Source: Parcubacteria group bacterium GW2011_GWC2_48_17
Lineage (GTDB): Bacteria; Patescibacteriota; Minisyncoccia; Phycocordibacterales; UBA10002
Length of the DNA: 64,000 nt
NCBI GenBank assembly: GCA_001003605.1
Contig: LCPL01000010.1
Span: 1,528-65,527, forward strand
Direction of reading: 5' to 3'
Part shown: positions 18,216 through 28,689 of the stretch, piece by piece
Numbering within the stretch: the stretch's first letter is position 1
Layout of the letters: every line of letters starts with the position of its first letter
The notes under the pieces: model-generated
The model's database searches: none
What the model saw: only the letters and a program-made list of their open reading frames with translations
Told to the model about the DNA's origin: nothing
Translations under genes and position numbers: made by a program

Positions 18216-18947
18216 AAAGGCGTCATATTAGCCGGTGGGGACGCGACACGACTTCGTCCGCTCACCCTCGTTACCAATAAGCACCTTCTGCCGGTATACA
18301 ATAAGCCGCTCATTTATTATGGGATAGAGCGATTGGTGGAGGCGGGTATAGACAGGATTATGGTGGTAACTTCACCGCGTCATGTAGAAAATTTCGTCGG
18401 ACTTCTCGGTTCCGGACAAAATTTCATTTCCCAAAAAGACGGCAAGCAAATACAAATTGTGTACGGCATCCAAAATGGTCCTTCCGGTATCGCCGACGGA
18501 CTTTATATCGCCAAGGATTATATCGGCGCCGATAATTGCGCGCTGTATCTCGGCGACAACATCATAGAAGACGATATCAGCGAACATATCGCGCGTTTCA
18601 AGAAAGGCGCGCTGGTTTTCCTGAAGGAAGTGAAAGACCCGCAGCGGTTCGGCGTGGCAGAGGTCGATGCTTCCGGCAAAGTACTAGGCATCGAGGAAAA
18701 GCCAAAGGAACCGAAATCGAACCTCGCTGTAGTCGGCCTCTATATCTACGATAACTCGGTGTTTAAGAAAATGGTCGGTCAGCCAATGTCGGAACGAGGC
18801 GAGTATGAGATTACGTATCTCAACAATAAATATATTGAAGAAGGAACTCTTCGCTCAGTGCATCTTGAAAAGGAATGGTTTGACGCGGGCACCGCGGACA
18901 GCCTGCTTGAAGCAGGGAATTTTATGGAGAAAAAGGCTCGTGGATAG
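18213..18947 (+). CDS. rfbA: sugar-1-phosphate nucleotidyltransferase (short-form RmlA-like glucose-1-phosphate thymidylyltransferase)
   Basis: MKGVILAGGDATRLRPLT N-terminus; adjacent to rfbB. Confidence 0.8.
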   Translation: MKGVILAGGDATRLRPLTLVTNKHLLPVYNKPLIYYGIERLVEAGIDRIMVVTSPRHVENFVGLLGSGQNFISQKDGKQIQIVYGIQNGPSGIADGLYIAKDYIGADNCALYLGDNIIEDDISEHIARFKKGALVFLKEVKDPQRFGVAEVDASGKVLGIEEKPKEPKSNLAVVGLYIYDNSVFKKMVGQPMSERGEYEITYLNNKYIEEGTLRSVHLEKEWFDAGTADSLLEAGNFMEKKARG

Positions 18948-18954
18948 CGTTATT

Positions 18955-20250
18955 ATGATTTCTGCGCGACAACATTCTGTGTCTATTTTTTTCCCATGCT
19001 ATAACGACAAGGGTACGATTGGCTCGCTCGTGCTTGAAGCGACGCGGGTGGCAAAGACGCTCACGGACGATTTTGAGGTCATCGTCATAGACGACGGCTC
19101 GCAGGACGGGAGCCGTGAACTCCTAATGGACATGAAGCTCAAGAACGAAATTTCGCAGTTCAAGCTTGTTATGCACGAGAAGAATCGCGGGTACGGCGCC
19201 GTACTTCAAACAGGATTCAAGACAGCAAGCAAAGAACTGGTTTTTTATACGGACGGCGACGGGCAATATGATGTACGGGAACTTCCGAGGCTGTGGAAGA
19301 AGATGACGCCAGATATGGATGTTGTGAACGGCTACAAGATAAAGCGGCATGACCCGTTTCACCGTATTATCATTGGGTATATCTATCAATACGCAATGAA
19401 ATTCGCGTTTGGACTCTCCATTAAGGATGTTGACTGCGATTTTAGGTTGATTCGACGGAAGGTATTTGATACGGTGGAACTTACGAGTACGACCGGGACT
19501 GTTACGATTGAACTCGTGAAGCGCGTCCAGCAGGCTGGATTTCGTTTTACCGAGGTCGGCGTTTCGCACCATTTCCGCACATACGGCACGTCGCAATTCT
19601 TCAGTTTTAAGAGAGTATTCAAGACTCTTTGGAAATTGATATTTCTCTGGACCGACCTTATTCTACTTCACGCGCTTGAGAAGCCGGCGGTTTCTATATT
19701 TCTTCGGAAGATTCTTGAGGGGAATTTCATACAGCAAAAGAAGATTATCCGCGAGCGATTTTTAACATCGGCTGGCGGAAAGGTTCTCGACCTCGGCTCT
19801 GGAACCGGAGAATTCTCACCGCTTTTTTCTAATGAAGGCTACTCTGGAATCGATATTGACCCAGCCAACATTGCATTCGCGAAGACGCACTATCCTGGAA
19901 AGGAGTTTAGGCAAGGAGACGCGCGAGAGCTTCCTTCCGCGGATGACGCGTTCGACAAGATTCTGGTCGTTGGAGTGTTGCATCACCTTAGCGACGATGA
20001 TTGCCGGAAGGCGCTTTCAGAAATGACGCGCGTACTGCGGAAACATGGTACGCTTCTTGTCATTGAAGACACGAAGTACCGAAGCATTGTGTCGAAGGTG
20101 CTTCGCGCCATTGACCGGGGAAATCATGTCCGCGGCTTTGAGGAATGGGAAGATATGCTTGGCGCATACTTTACGATACGGGACTCCTGTATGTTTCGAA
20201 CCGGTATTGGCTGTCCGTATTCCGCATTCGTACTTACTCGCAAAGATTAA
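18955..20250 (+). CDS. fusion of a GT2 glycosyltransferase with a class I SAM methyltransferase
   Basis: VSIFFPCYND...EVIVIDDGSQDGS (GT2) then KVLDLGSGTGEF...VVGVLHHLSDDD (MTase); the track ORF starts at 18805 inside the upstream gene, and the realistic ATG is at about 18955. Confidence 0.7.
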   Translation: MISARQHSVSIFFPCYNDKGTIGSLVLEATRVAKTLTDDFEVIVIDDGSQDGSRELLMDMKLKNEISQFKLVMHEKNRGYGAVLQTGFKTASKELVFYTDGDGQYDVRELPRLWKKMTPDMDVVNGYKIKRHDPFHRIIIGYIYQYAMKFAFGLSIKDVDCDFRLIRRKVFDTVELTSTTGTVTIELVKRVQQAGFRFTEVGVSHHFRTYGTSQFFSFKRVFKTLWKLIFLWTDLILLHALEKPAVSIFLRKILEGNFIQQKKIIRERFLTSAGGKVLDLGSGTGEFSPLFSNEGYSGIDIDPANIAFAKTHYPGKEFRQGDARELPSADDAFDKILVVGVLHHLSDDDCRKALSEMTRVLRKHGTLLVIEDTKYRSIVSKVLRAIDRGNHVRGFEEWEDMLGAYFTIRDSCMFRTGIGCPYSAFVLTRKD

Positions 20251-20251
20251 A

Positions 20252-21535
20252 ATGAAAAATCCACGAACAAAGAAACGTCTCATGGTAGAACACGATGTTT
20301 CGCCGGGAAAGCTTTCGCGCTGTCAGATTACCGGTTCAGCCAACCTCTTTGAGATTATAGATTTGGGACATCAGCCACCGTGCGATTCGCTTCTTTCGAA
20401 AGACAAACTTGACGCTCCCGAGACTCACTATCCACTTCGACTATTCCACTGTCCCGATTCGGGGCTTGCACAGCTCGATTATGTCATTGACGGCTCGGTG
20501 ATTTATTATCCTGAGTATCCCTATCGGAGCGGCATCTCAAAACCGCTTGAAGAATACCAGCGCGCGTTTGCGGGAGGCGTGGTGAAAAACCTCGGCATCC
20601 CCCGCGGGTCGCTTTCGGTTGATATCGGCTCGAATGACGGCACGCTCCTTACCGGATTTCGACGCGTGGGAATGAAGACGCTTGGTGTCGAGCCGACCAA
20701 TATCGCGAAGATTGCGAGGAAAGAAAATAACATAGACACCATCCAGAGTTTTTTTACGGAAGTGGTCGCGAAGGATATCGTAAAAGAATACGGACATGCA
20801 AAAGTGGCCACAATGACCAACGTATTCGCGCATATGGCGCCCTTAGGGGAAGTGATGCGCGGACTCGTGGCTCTTCTTTCGCGAGACGGCGTTTTCATCA
20901 CCGAGAGCCAGTACCTTCTCGATGTACTCGAAAAAAATCAGTTTGACGGTATCTATCACGAACATATCCGCACGTATAGTTTGAAGTCGCTCGTAACGCT
21001 CTTTCCCTACTACGGTATGGAAGTTTTTGACGTTGAGCGCGGAGATAGGTACGGCGGGAATATCCGCGCCTACATCGCGAGAAAAGGGGTGAGACCGATT
21101 TCAAAAAGGGTTCGGGAACTCTTGGCTCGCGAAGAGAAAGCAGGCCTCCATCGTCCCGAGACGTGGGCGAAATGGAAGAAACGCGTGGAAGAAAACCGCT
21201 TCCGTTTTATGGACTTCGCCTATGACGCGAAAAAGAAGGGAAAGCATCTTGTCGGCAATTCCTGTCCCGGGCGGGCGACGACGCTACTCAATTATTACGG
21301 CGTTGATACGGCGCTTATGCCCTACGTTGCCGAGCTTCCAAATGGACTGAAGGTGGGGAAGTACCTCCCCGGAAAGCACATTCCAGTCGTTTCGAACAAT
21401 ATTCTTTTCAAAGAGCAGCCCGATTACGTCGTACTTCTCGCGTGGCACTACAGCGATTTTATGATACAGGATTTGCGCGCGCGAGGTCTCAAGTCAAGAT
21501 TCATTATTCCATTACCAGAGTTTAAAGTTGTATGA
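20252..21535 (+). CDS. NDP-hexose C-methyltransferase family (TylCIII-like; Zn-binding N-domain, MTase, C-methyltransferase C-domain)
   Basis: CQITGSANLFEIIDLGHQPPCDSLL...LFHCPDSGLAQLD Zn-finger, VDIGSNDGTLL and C-terminal domain; paralog of 25380-26591. Confidence 0.75.
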   Translation: MKNPRTKKRLMVEHDVSPGKLSRCQITGSANLFEIIDLGHQPPCDSLLSKDKLDAPETHYPLRLFHCPDSGLAQLDYVIDGSVIYYPEYPYRSGISKPLEEYQRAFAGGVVKNLGIPRGSLSVDIGSNDGTLLTGFRRVGMKTLGVEPTNIAKIARKENNIDTIQSFFTEVVAKDIVKEYGHAKVATMTNVFAHMAPLGEVMRGLVALLSRDGVFITESQYLLDVLEKNQFDGIYHEHIRTYSLKSLVTLFPYYGMEVFDVERGDRYGGNIRAYIARKGVRPISKRVRELLAREEKAGLHRPETWAKWKKRVEENRFRFMDFAYDAKKKGKHLVGNSCPGRATTLLNYYGVDTALMPYVAELPNGLKVGKYLPGKHIPVVSNNILFKEQPDYVVLLAWHYSDFMIQDLRARGLKSRFIIPLPEFKVV

Positions 21536-22299
21536 TTGATACTATCAAGCACGTTATCTCCCGCGTGAAAGCGTATAAGAATTGGTACTCAATTGTCTGG
21601 CCGATGACGCGCCTACTTTCCCGGGAGAGGATTTTGGAAACGAGAGCCGGTCCCATGATGTACGTGAGGAATATCTTCGGGCCCGATTTTGTCGTGGTCC
21701 ACGAAATGTTCTTTCGGGACGATTACGGAGTACGAGAGCTTCATTTGAATGTGAGCGAGCCGGTGATTGTTGACGCCGGAGGGAATATCGGAGCATTCTC
21801 GCTCCTCGCGCTGGCGACCTATCCTAACGCCAGGATTCTTTGTTATGAGCCGGAAGCGTCAAATCTCGATATAATACGAAAAAATGTCAGACTTAACGCC
21901 GCTGAAAAGCACATTACCTGCTTCAAAGAGGCGATTGACAACACGACTGGCATGAAGACCTTTTATCTTTCGCAAGCGGAGTATGCCCACAGCCTGGAAA
22001 AATCAGCGGACTCTCGTCATGCCGGAGAGATAAGCGTTGCAACAACCACTATAGAGCGCATTATGCAGGATAACCATATCAAACGATTGGATTTGCTAAA
22101 GCTCGATATAGAGGGCACGGAATATTCAGTTTTGCGTAATTTGCCACTGGAGCTGTATCCTCGCATCAAAAATATCGTCTTGGAGATTCACGACCACCCT
22201 TCGGAGAAGAAAGAAGATTTAGTCAGGTTTCTGGCCGAGCATGGATACGCGGTCGCACAGTCAGGCACCAATCCCCATGTCTTTTTGGCGCAGCACTAA
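21532..22299 (+). CDS. FkbM family methyltransferase
   Basis: [14 protein letters not shown] motif, Methyltransf_21-like. Confidence 0.75.
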   Translation: MIDTIKHVISRVKAYKNWYSIVWPMTRLLSRERILETRAGPMMYVRNIFGPDFVVVHEMFFRDDYGVRELHLNVSEPVIVDAGGNIGAFSLLALATYPNARILCYEPEASNLDIIRKNVRLNAAEKHITCFKEAIDNTTGMKTFYLSQAEYAHSLEKSADSRHAGEISVATTTIERIMQDNHIKRLDLLKLDIEGTEYSVLRNLPLELYPRIKNIVLEIHDHPSEKKEDLVRFLAEHGYAVAQSGTNPHVFLAQH

Positions 22300-22310
22300 C
22301 ACGTACCGAC

Positions 22311-23411
22311 ATGATACCCTTCCTCAACCTCAAAAAAAATAACGAGAAGTATCGGGAAGAACTCATCGACGCGTTCACGTGCGTCATCGATTCGGGCAGG
22401 TATATTCTTGGCGAGGAGGTACGTGCGTTTGAATGGGAGTTCGGGACTTACTGCGGCGTGAAGCACGCCATCGGTACGGGTAACGGACTCGACGCTATCA
22501 CGCTCATCATCCGCGCCTATAAAGAGCTAGGTATTTTTAAGGAAGGAGATGAGATTTTGGTCCCCGCCAATACCTATATCGCCACGATTCTCTCCATCAC
22601 CGAAAATCGCTTAAAGCCCGTGCTAGTCGAGCCTGATATTCGCACCTACAATCTCGACGCTACACTTTTGGAGAAGAAGGTCACTTCTAAAACAAAAGCG
22701 ATACTCACTGTGCATCTTTACGGGAAAATCGGATATTCCGACGAAATGGGTGCAATTGCAAAAAAGCACGGACTAATGATTATTGAAGATAGCGCTCAAG
22801 CACACGGAGCGATTTACAAAGGAAGAAAGACCGGCTCACTTGGGGACGCATCTGGATTTAGTTTCTATCCGTCAAAGCCGCTCGGCGCGCTCGGAGATGC
22901 AGGCATCGTCACCACAAATGATTCAAAACTCGCAAAAGTTGTTGCCGCGCTCCGCAATTACGGAAGCCGCGAGAAATACCATAATCTCTCCCAAGGGGTA
23001 AACAGCCGACTTGATGAACTGCAGGCGGCATTGCTTCGTGTAAAGCTTCGGCATCTCGACGACGACAATCAAAAACGAAGAAAAATAGCGCAAAGATACT
23101 TACGAGAGATACGAAACAAAAAATTGATTTTGCCGGAAGAGGGCACACCCGAGAGACACGTGTGGCATCTTTTTGTCGTTCGGACAGAAAAACGCGACGC
23201 ACTGCAAAAACATCTTTCAAAAAATGGGATAGAAACTCTCATTCATTATCCCGTGCCGCCACACAAACAGCCGGCTTTCAAAGATTGGAACAAAAAGAGC
23301 TATCCCATTACCGAAGAAATCCACAACACGGTGCTCTCGTTGCCGCTCTACTCTGCGATGACGAAGGAAGAAATTTCCATCATAATTGAAGCGTGCAACA
23401 GTTTTTCGTAA
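22311..23411 (+). CDS. DegT/DnrJ/EryC1/StrS family PLP-dependent sugar aminotransferase
   Basis: Family-typical N-terminus, the [17 protein letters not shown]-lysine region and the [12 protein letters not shown] motif. Confidence 0.85.
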   Translation: MIPFLNLKKNNEKYREELIDAFTCVIDSGRYILGEEVRAFEWEFGTYCGVKHAIGTGNGLDAITLIIRAYKELGIFKEGDEILVPANTYIATILSITENRLKPVLVEPDIRTYNLDATLLEKKVTSKTKAILTVHLYGKIGYSDEMGAIAKKHGLMIIEDSAQAHGAIYKGRKTGSLGDASGFSFYPSKPLGALGDAGIVTTNDSKLAKVVAALRNYGSREKYHNLSQGVNSRLDELQAALLRVKLRHLDDDNQKRRKIAQRYLREIRNKKLILPEEGTPERHVWHLFVVRTEKRDALQKHLSKNGIETLIHYPVPPHKQPAFKDWNKKSYPITEEIHNTVLSLPLYSAMTKEEISIIIEACNSFS

Positions 23412-23466
23412 GCGTTGCGTTGTATCGATGCGGTGGAAATGAGTTTAGTTACTATAGGCACTACAT

Positions 23467-25266
23467 ATGCCCACGAAAGACTCCGTTATTTCCTTTCTCA
23501 AACGACACAAGTTCGCTTTCCTTTGCGCTCTGGTTGTCGGAGTTCTGTATGTTGCCCCGAACATTCTTTTCGTCATTTCGCTCGTGGAAGACTATCAAGG
23601 GATTCCCATGATGGAAACGCCGAACGAGGATTTCTATCTCGCGCGAGTGCAAGAGATTCTTGACGGACATCCATCGGTCGGCTCCGCGGCATATTGGGAA
23701 TACAAAGACGAGCCTCCCATTTCTCCTCCGACGGGGGAATTCCTCTACGCGCTTCCAACGCTTATCTTTGGCATCTCGCCAAGCACTACCCTTGTTGGAA
23801 GCAGGTTCGTTCTCCCAGCGCTCTTGTTTCTCCTCGTTTATTTTCTGGCGCGGCGTCTTACAGGCGATGATGATAGTATGGCAGGCAGAATCACGGCTCT
23901 TGCGAGCGCCCTATTTGTGACGCTCGGGTATGACCTCATTGACTATCGGAGTATCCTGCATTTTCTCGCGGGAGACGCTCCGCTCTCCAACGGATTTCTC
24001 ATTTGGGCGCGCCCCGTCAACCCGATTTTGGGGGCGATTTTTCTTTTTTCATTTTTGCTTTGTGTGCATTCGATTGTCGCGAAAAAAGAGCGCGTCGTCC
24101 GCTCTATGCTTGGCGCGTCAGTGTGCATGGCCCTCATGATAGCCAGCTATTTTTTCAGCTGGGGAGTGGCGCTTTCCGTTCTCGCCGTCTTGATTTTATT
24201 TCTTCTCATACGCAAAGAATTTTGTAGCGCTCGTTTACTCGCGCTTAGCGTGCCGCTCGGTCTCTTACTTTCGTTTCCGTACTGGCTTTCCGTATGGGGC
24301 GCGACAAAAAGCCCGTGGTATGCTTCATCGGTTTTGCGCGATGGGCTTTTCTATACTCATTATCCGCTCTTGAATAAGCTTCTTATCGCGACTCTTTTCT
24401 TTTCCTTGCTCTGCATAGTTGTGGACTATTTACGGAAACGAAAGAAGGGTGAGCCCTTTCAGTTTGAGTATTGGCATCTGTTTTGTTTTTCATTTCTGCT
24501 TGGAGGGTTATGGGCGTACAGCCAACAGATTCTCACGGGCCGCACTATCTGGCCGTACCATTTCGTTCAGTACACTATCCCGCTCGCCGGCATCACGGTT
24601 TTCACTGTATTGTTTCATCTGCGCAAGAATCTCTGGTATCTATGGCATATCGGTATCGCTATTGGCATATTTCTTTCCGTCATATATGGGGTGTATGTTC
24701 AAGCAAGCACCTTTTCTAGGTTTTATAGCTACGACAAAGAACGACAATCTGTTGCGCCATTTCTAGAGTGGTTGAACCAACGTGAACCCGATTGCGTCGT
24801 ACTTGTTGTGGAAGAGCCGCTTCGCTTAGGTCTCGAAGGTCTCATCCCAGCCTTTACGCACTGCAATACATACCATTCGCCGTGGGTGTTCTCGCTAATG
24901 CCGGATGACCGCATACTGCACAGCTACATTACGCGTCTCTACTTCAGAGGAATCTCTCCAGAATCGGTGGGAGAATATCTCAAAAAAGCGGATGAAGCGC
25001 ACGGATATCTATTCTCAAACTGGAAGGGGCTATACCGACTTCCGCAATTTCCCGATTTCTCCGACCCCATAGCCCTCGAGCGCGTACAAAAACTTCCGCA
25101 AGCCTACCGCGAATTTGTGTCGGAAGATATGTCAAAAATACTTCGGAAATATCGTCTCAATTATGTAGCTTCGGTTGGAGCTCTTGAACCGAAGATACTC
25201 AACGCGCTCCCTGGCACTACACTTATCACGGTCATTGGAGACGTACATCTCTACGCGTTTCGGTAA
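23467..25266 (+). CDS. large polytopic membrane protein, function unknown (paralog of 45565-47460)
   Basis: More than 12 hydrophobic segments; N-terminal loop EDFYLARVQEILDGH shared with the paralog (EDFYLSRGKEVLEGH). Confidence 0.55.
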   Translation: MPTKDSVISFLKRHKFAFLCALVVGVLYVAPNILFVISLVEDYQGIPMMETPNEDFYLARVQEILDGHPSVGSAAYWEYKDEPPISPPTGEFLYALPTLIFGISPSTTLVGSRFVLPALLFLLVYFLARRLTGDDDSMAGRITALASALFVTLGYDLIDYRSILHFLAGDAPLSNGFLIWARPVNPILGAIFLFSFLLCVHSIVAKKERVVRSMLGASVCMALMIASYFFSWGVALSVLAVLILFLLIRKEFCSARLLALSVPLGLLLSFPYWLSVWGATKSPWYASSVLRDGLFYTHYPLLNKLLIATLFFSLLCIVVDYLRKRKKGEPFQFEYWHLFCFSFLLGGLWAYSQQILTGRTIWPYHFVQYTIPLAGITVFTVLFHLRKNLWYLWHIGIAIGIFLSVIYGVYVQASTFSRFYSYDKERQSVAPFLEWLNQREPDCVVLVVEEPLRLGLEGLIPAFTHCNTYHSPWVFSLMPDDRILHSYITRLYFRGISPESVGEYLKKADEAHGYLFSNWKGLYRLPQFPDFSDPIALERVQKLPQAYREFVSEDMSKILRKYRLNYVASVGALEPKILNALPGTTLITVIGDVHLYAFR

Positions 25267-25379
25267 GAATGCAAGCTCTCGGATCCGCGAAAATCTTTCG
25301 CCAAAGACGGCTTGGAATCGCTGTCTATGCGAGAGGTGGCGTCCGTGGTAACATCCTGAATTATAGACGGTTTCGGCGT

Positions 25380-26591
25380 ATGTATTGTTTCATTTGCAAA
25401 AACAAACACTTGTTCAAGTTTCTTGATTTGGGCGACCAACCGCCGAGCGATGCTTTTTTGCGGAAAGAGGATTTAGAAAGACCGGAAGCGAAGTATCCTT
25501 TATCGCTCTATTTCTGCGAAGAGTGCACATTGGTTCAAATTGGGTTCGTCGTTGACCCGAAGATTTTGTTTCGGGACTATGTCTACACTACGGGGATGAA
25601 CAACAGCTTGCGCGCGAACTTCAAGGCGCTAGTTGAAACGCTCGTGTCTCGCTACGCGCTTACAAAGAGCGATTTCGTCATAGACATCGGCTCAAATGAC
25701 GGAACATTACTCGCCAATTACACGCCCCACGGAGTAAATGTCCTCGGCATCGACCCCTCGAGCGCGAGCACTCTCGCGAAAGATAAAGGCATTCCGACGG
25801 AAGTAGATTTTTTTAACGAGCGCACCGCTCTACGGGTAGAAAGAAAGTATGGCAAGGCAAAGGTGATTACCGCGACCAATGTGTTCGCGCATGTAAATGA
25901 TTTGGATTCATTCATGCGAGGCATTACGGCTGTGCTTCGCGAAGACGGCGTTTTCGTGTCGGAGTCGGGCTACCTTCTCGATATGGTTCTGACCCTCGGA
26001 TATGACGCGATTTACCACGAGCACCTCCGCTACTATTCTCTCCGGCCGCTTAAGGCGCTTTTCGAGCGATTCGGAATGGAGGTCTTTGATGTTGAGCGCA
26101 TACAAAGCCATAGCGGTTCAATCAGAGTATATGCCGCGTTTAATGGAGTGCATCCTACAAAGGCCTCTGTCGGCGAGCTTCTTGCTTTGGAGGAAAAAAA
26201 GGGATTGTATGCCCGTCAAACTTTTGTTGAGTTTGCTCGGCGCGTGTACGCGCACCGCGATGCGCTTACGGTGTTGCTTGCCGATGTAAAGAAATCCGGA
26301 AAGCGAATCGTCGGGATTGGAGCTCCGGCAAAAGGAAACACTCTGCTCAATTTCTGCGGTATCATTCCGGAAACTGTAAATTGCATCCTCGAAAAGAGCG
26401 CTCTTAAGATAGGCCTTTTTACTCCAGGGATGCACATTCCCGTCGTCGGTGAGGAACGTCTTTTTGCCGAACAGCCGGAGTACGCACTCATACTTGCGTG
26501 GAACATTGCTCCCGAACTCATGTCGAAGCTTAGGCAAAAAGGATTTAAAGGAAAGTTTATCATTCCATTTCCTAGAGTTAAGATTGTCTAA
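25380..26591 (+). CDS. NDP-hexose C-methyltransferase family, second paralog
   Basis: CFICKNKHLFKFLDLGDQPPSDAFL...LYFCEECTLVQ, IDIGSNDGTLL and C-terminal domain co-linear with 20252-21535. Confidence 0.75.
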   Translation: MYCFICKNKHLFKFLDLGDQPPSDAFLRKEDLERPEAKYPLSLYFCEECTLVQIGFVVDPKILFRDYVYTTGMNNSLRANFKALVETLVSRYALTKSDFVIDIGSNDGTLLANYTPHGVNVLGIDPSSASTLAKDKGIPTEVDFFNERTALRVERKYGKAKVITATNVFAHVNDLDSFMRGITAVLREDGVFVSESGYLLDMVLTLGYDAIYHEHLRYYSLRPLKALFERFGMEVFDVERIQSHSGSIRVYAAFNGVHPTKASVGELLALEEKKGLYARQTFVEFARRVYAHRDALTVLLADVKKSGKRIVGIGAPAKGNTLLNFCGIIPETVNCILEKSALKIGLFTPGMHIPVVGEERLFAEQPEYALILAWNIAPELMSKLRQKGFKGKFIIPFPRVKIV

Positions 26592-26668
26592 GTTCTTTCC
26601 TACTTGCTACCTTCTACCATCTACCTTCTACTTTCTAATTTCACTCTCTACTAACTACTTACTTCTTT

Positions 26669-27463
26669 ATGCATCTTCCACTTTTAGGCATGGGCACATG
26701 GGGGATGGGTGGAAAGTATGAACGCGATGAGAATAATGTAACAGAATCCATCGAACTTCTTTCGTACGGTTTTGACATGGGGTTCCGCCTTGTTGATGTT
26801 GCCGAAATTTACGGTGAAGGCCTTACTGAAACCATACTCGGGAAAGCGATGAAGGGGAGAAAGCGCGAAGACATCTTCGTTATATCTAAAGTGTGGAAAG
26901 AGCATCTTCGCTACGACGAGGTGCTCCGCGCGGCGGAAGGAAGCTTAAAGCGTCTCAATACGCCGTACATTGACCTCTATCTTGTGCACTGGCCCAATCC
27001 CGAAATCCCTCTTAAAGAAACTATGTCTGCTATGGAGACGCTTATAGAAAAGGGATTTGTAAAAGAAATAGGCGTAAGCAATTTCACGGTTCCGCTTATG
27101 GAGGAAGCATCGTCGTACCTTTCACACGCAAAACTCTTCGCGAACGAGATAGAATATAATCTTGCCGTCCGCGATGCTGAAAGAGAGGTAATTCTATTCT
27201 GCAAAAAACAAGGCATTAATGTGATTGCGTATCGGCCGCTCGCAAAAGGTTCACTTCTCTCCGGACAAAACGCAATTTTGCAATCGCTCTCTTCAAAATA
27301 TAAAAAGACTCCGGCGCAGGTCGCTTTGAATTGGATTATAGGAAAAGGCGCGAGCGCGATACCAAAGGCAGGAAGCCGCGAACATCTCAAAGAAAACATT
27401 GGAGTGCTAGGGTGGCATCTTTCCACCGAAGATGTTTCGCTTCTGGACGCATCACGTTTTTAG
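26669..27463 (+). CDS. aldo/keto reductase
   Basis: LVDVAEIYGEG, DLYLVHWPNP and IGVSNF motifs. Confidence 0.8.
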   Translation: MHLPLLGMGTWGMGGKYERDENNVTESIELLSYGFDMGFRLVDVAEIYGEGLTETILGKAMKGRKREDIFVISKVWKEHLRYDEVLRAAEGSLKRLNTPYIDLYLVHWPNPEIPLKETMSAMETLIEKGFVKEIGVSNFTVPLMEEASSYLSHAKLFANEIEYNLAVRDAEREVILFCKKQGINVIAYRPLAKGSLLSGQNAILQSLSSKYKKTPAQVALNWIIGKGASAIPKAGSREHLKENIGVLGWHLSTEDVSLLDASRF

Positions 27464-27487
27464 CGCGGCAGGGGTTGTATTTGCACT

Positions 27488-28537
27488 ATGGGGAAAAAAG
27501 CGATTATAAGCGGCATCACCGGTCAAGACGGCTCTTATCTCGCGGAGCTTCTTTTGGGGAAAGGATACGAAGTGTATGGCCTCCAGCGCAGGGCTAGTTT
27601 GCCGAATACTGGACGCATTGACCATCTCTATGGAAGAAAAGGTTTCAACATGACCTACGCCGACCTTTCGGACAGTTCTAATCTTCTCCGCGTGATTAAG
27701 AAGATAGGGCCGGATGAATTTTATAATTTGGGCGCCCAGAGCCACGTTGGTGTGAGTTTTGATGTGCCTGAATTTACCGTCAATACCAACGCCCTCGGAC
27801 CGCTTCGCATCCTTGAAACAATTCGCAATTTAGGACTGCCCATCAAATACTATCAAGCGAGTTCGTCGGAAATGTTCGGGAAAGTGCTTGAAACACCACA
27901 GAAGGTGACGACCCCATTCAACCCGCAATCACCCTACGGCCTCTCAAAAGTATTCGCGTATCACATCACCAAGATTTACCGCACCGGATATAGCATCTTC
28001 GCCTCAAACGGCATTCTCTTCAATCATGAATCCCCCCGACGCGGTCAGAACTTCGTTACTCGAAAAGTAACGATGGGGTTATCTCGCATTTCGCTTGGAC
28101 TCCAAAAAACGCTCCGGCTCGGCAATCTCGATGCCAAACGCGACTGGGGATATTCCAAAGATTACGTCGAAGCAATCTGGAAGATACTTCAGCACAAAAA
28201 GCCCGATGATTTTCTCATCGCGACCGGAGAGACTCACTCGGTGCGCGAGTGGGTGGAAGAGGTAGGGAAACATCTTGGCATGAAAATCGAATGGAAAGGG
28301 AAAGGACTCAAGGAAAAAGGCATTGACAAAAAGACGGGAAAAATTGTCATAGAAGTTGACCCCATTCACTTTCGCCCGAATGAAGTTGAATTTCTGCAAG
28401 GAGATTCTTCCAAAGCGCGCAAGCTTTTGAAGTGGAAGCCGCGGACAACCTTCAAAGCTCTCGCCAAACTGATGACCGAAGCAGACCTTATCTATGTGCG
28501 AGAGGAAGTGGCGCAAGGACATCCGGTCACAAAGTAA
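27488..28537 (+). CDS. gmd: GDP-mannose 4,6-dehydratase
   Basis: KKAIISGITGQDGSYLAELLL N-terminus, YQASSSEMFG and SPYGLSK. Confidence 0.9.
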   Translation: MGKKAIISGITGQDGSYLAELLLGKGYEVYGLQRRASLPNTGRIDHLYGRKGFNMTYADLSDSSNLLRVIKKIGPDEFYNLGAQSHVGVSFDVPEFTVNTNALGPLRILETIRNLGLPIKYYQASSSEMFGKVLETPQKVTTPFNPQSPYGLSKVFAYHITKIYRTGYSIFASNGILFNHESPRRGQNFVTRKVTMGLSRISLGLQKTLRLGNLDAKRDWGYSKDYVEAIWKILQHKKPDDFLIATGETHSVREWVEEVGKHLGMKIEWKGKGLKEKGIDKKTGKIVIEVDPIHFRPNEVEFLQGDSSKARKLLKWKPRTTFKALAKLMTEADLIYVREEVAQGHPVTK

Positions 28538-28686
28538 AAACACAAAACACAGTACACAAAGACCAAACAAAGCACAGAGCTTCAAAGCACAAACAAGGGA
28601 CAACAAAGTATTGTTTGAGAAGTTTGGATTTTGTAATTTGTTTGTATTTTTGGATAGTTTGTGTTTTGGAAAGTTTGTTTTTAACC
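28535..28686 (+). repeat. bipartite intergenic repeat, copy C (A/C-rich arm directly abutting the G/T-rich arm)
   Basis: CACAAAACACAGTACACAAAGACCAAACAAAGCACAG is close to the reverse complement of TTTGTGCAGTTTGTTTGGACTTTGTGTACTGTGTTTTGTG from copies A/B, and is followed by a G/T arm. Confidence 0.6.
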
Positions 28687-28689
28687 CTT

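Noticed and set aside
18805-18954. Track ORF starts that reach back into upstream genes (18805, 20045, 25269, 48366, 49720, 51680, 53144, 55719, 60031)
   Set aside because: The extended N-termini overlap the preceding gene in another frame and lack homology. Internal Met codons give canonical family N-termini, and realistic starts were used instead.
28079-28606. ORFs translated across the bipartite intergenic repeats (28079-28606 minus, 28432-29073 upstream part, 32104-32523 plus, 14066-14308 plus)
   Set aside because: The translations are Cys/Leu/Phe/Val low-complexity strings driven by the G/T-rich repeat (for example LCALFGLCVLCFV); the same pseudo-peptide appears in different copies. They are repeat artefacts, not genes.
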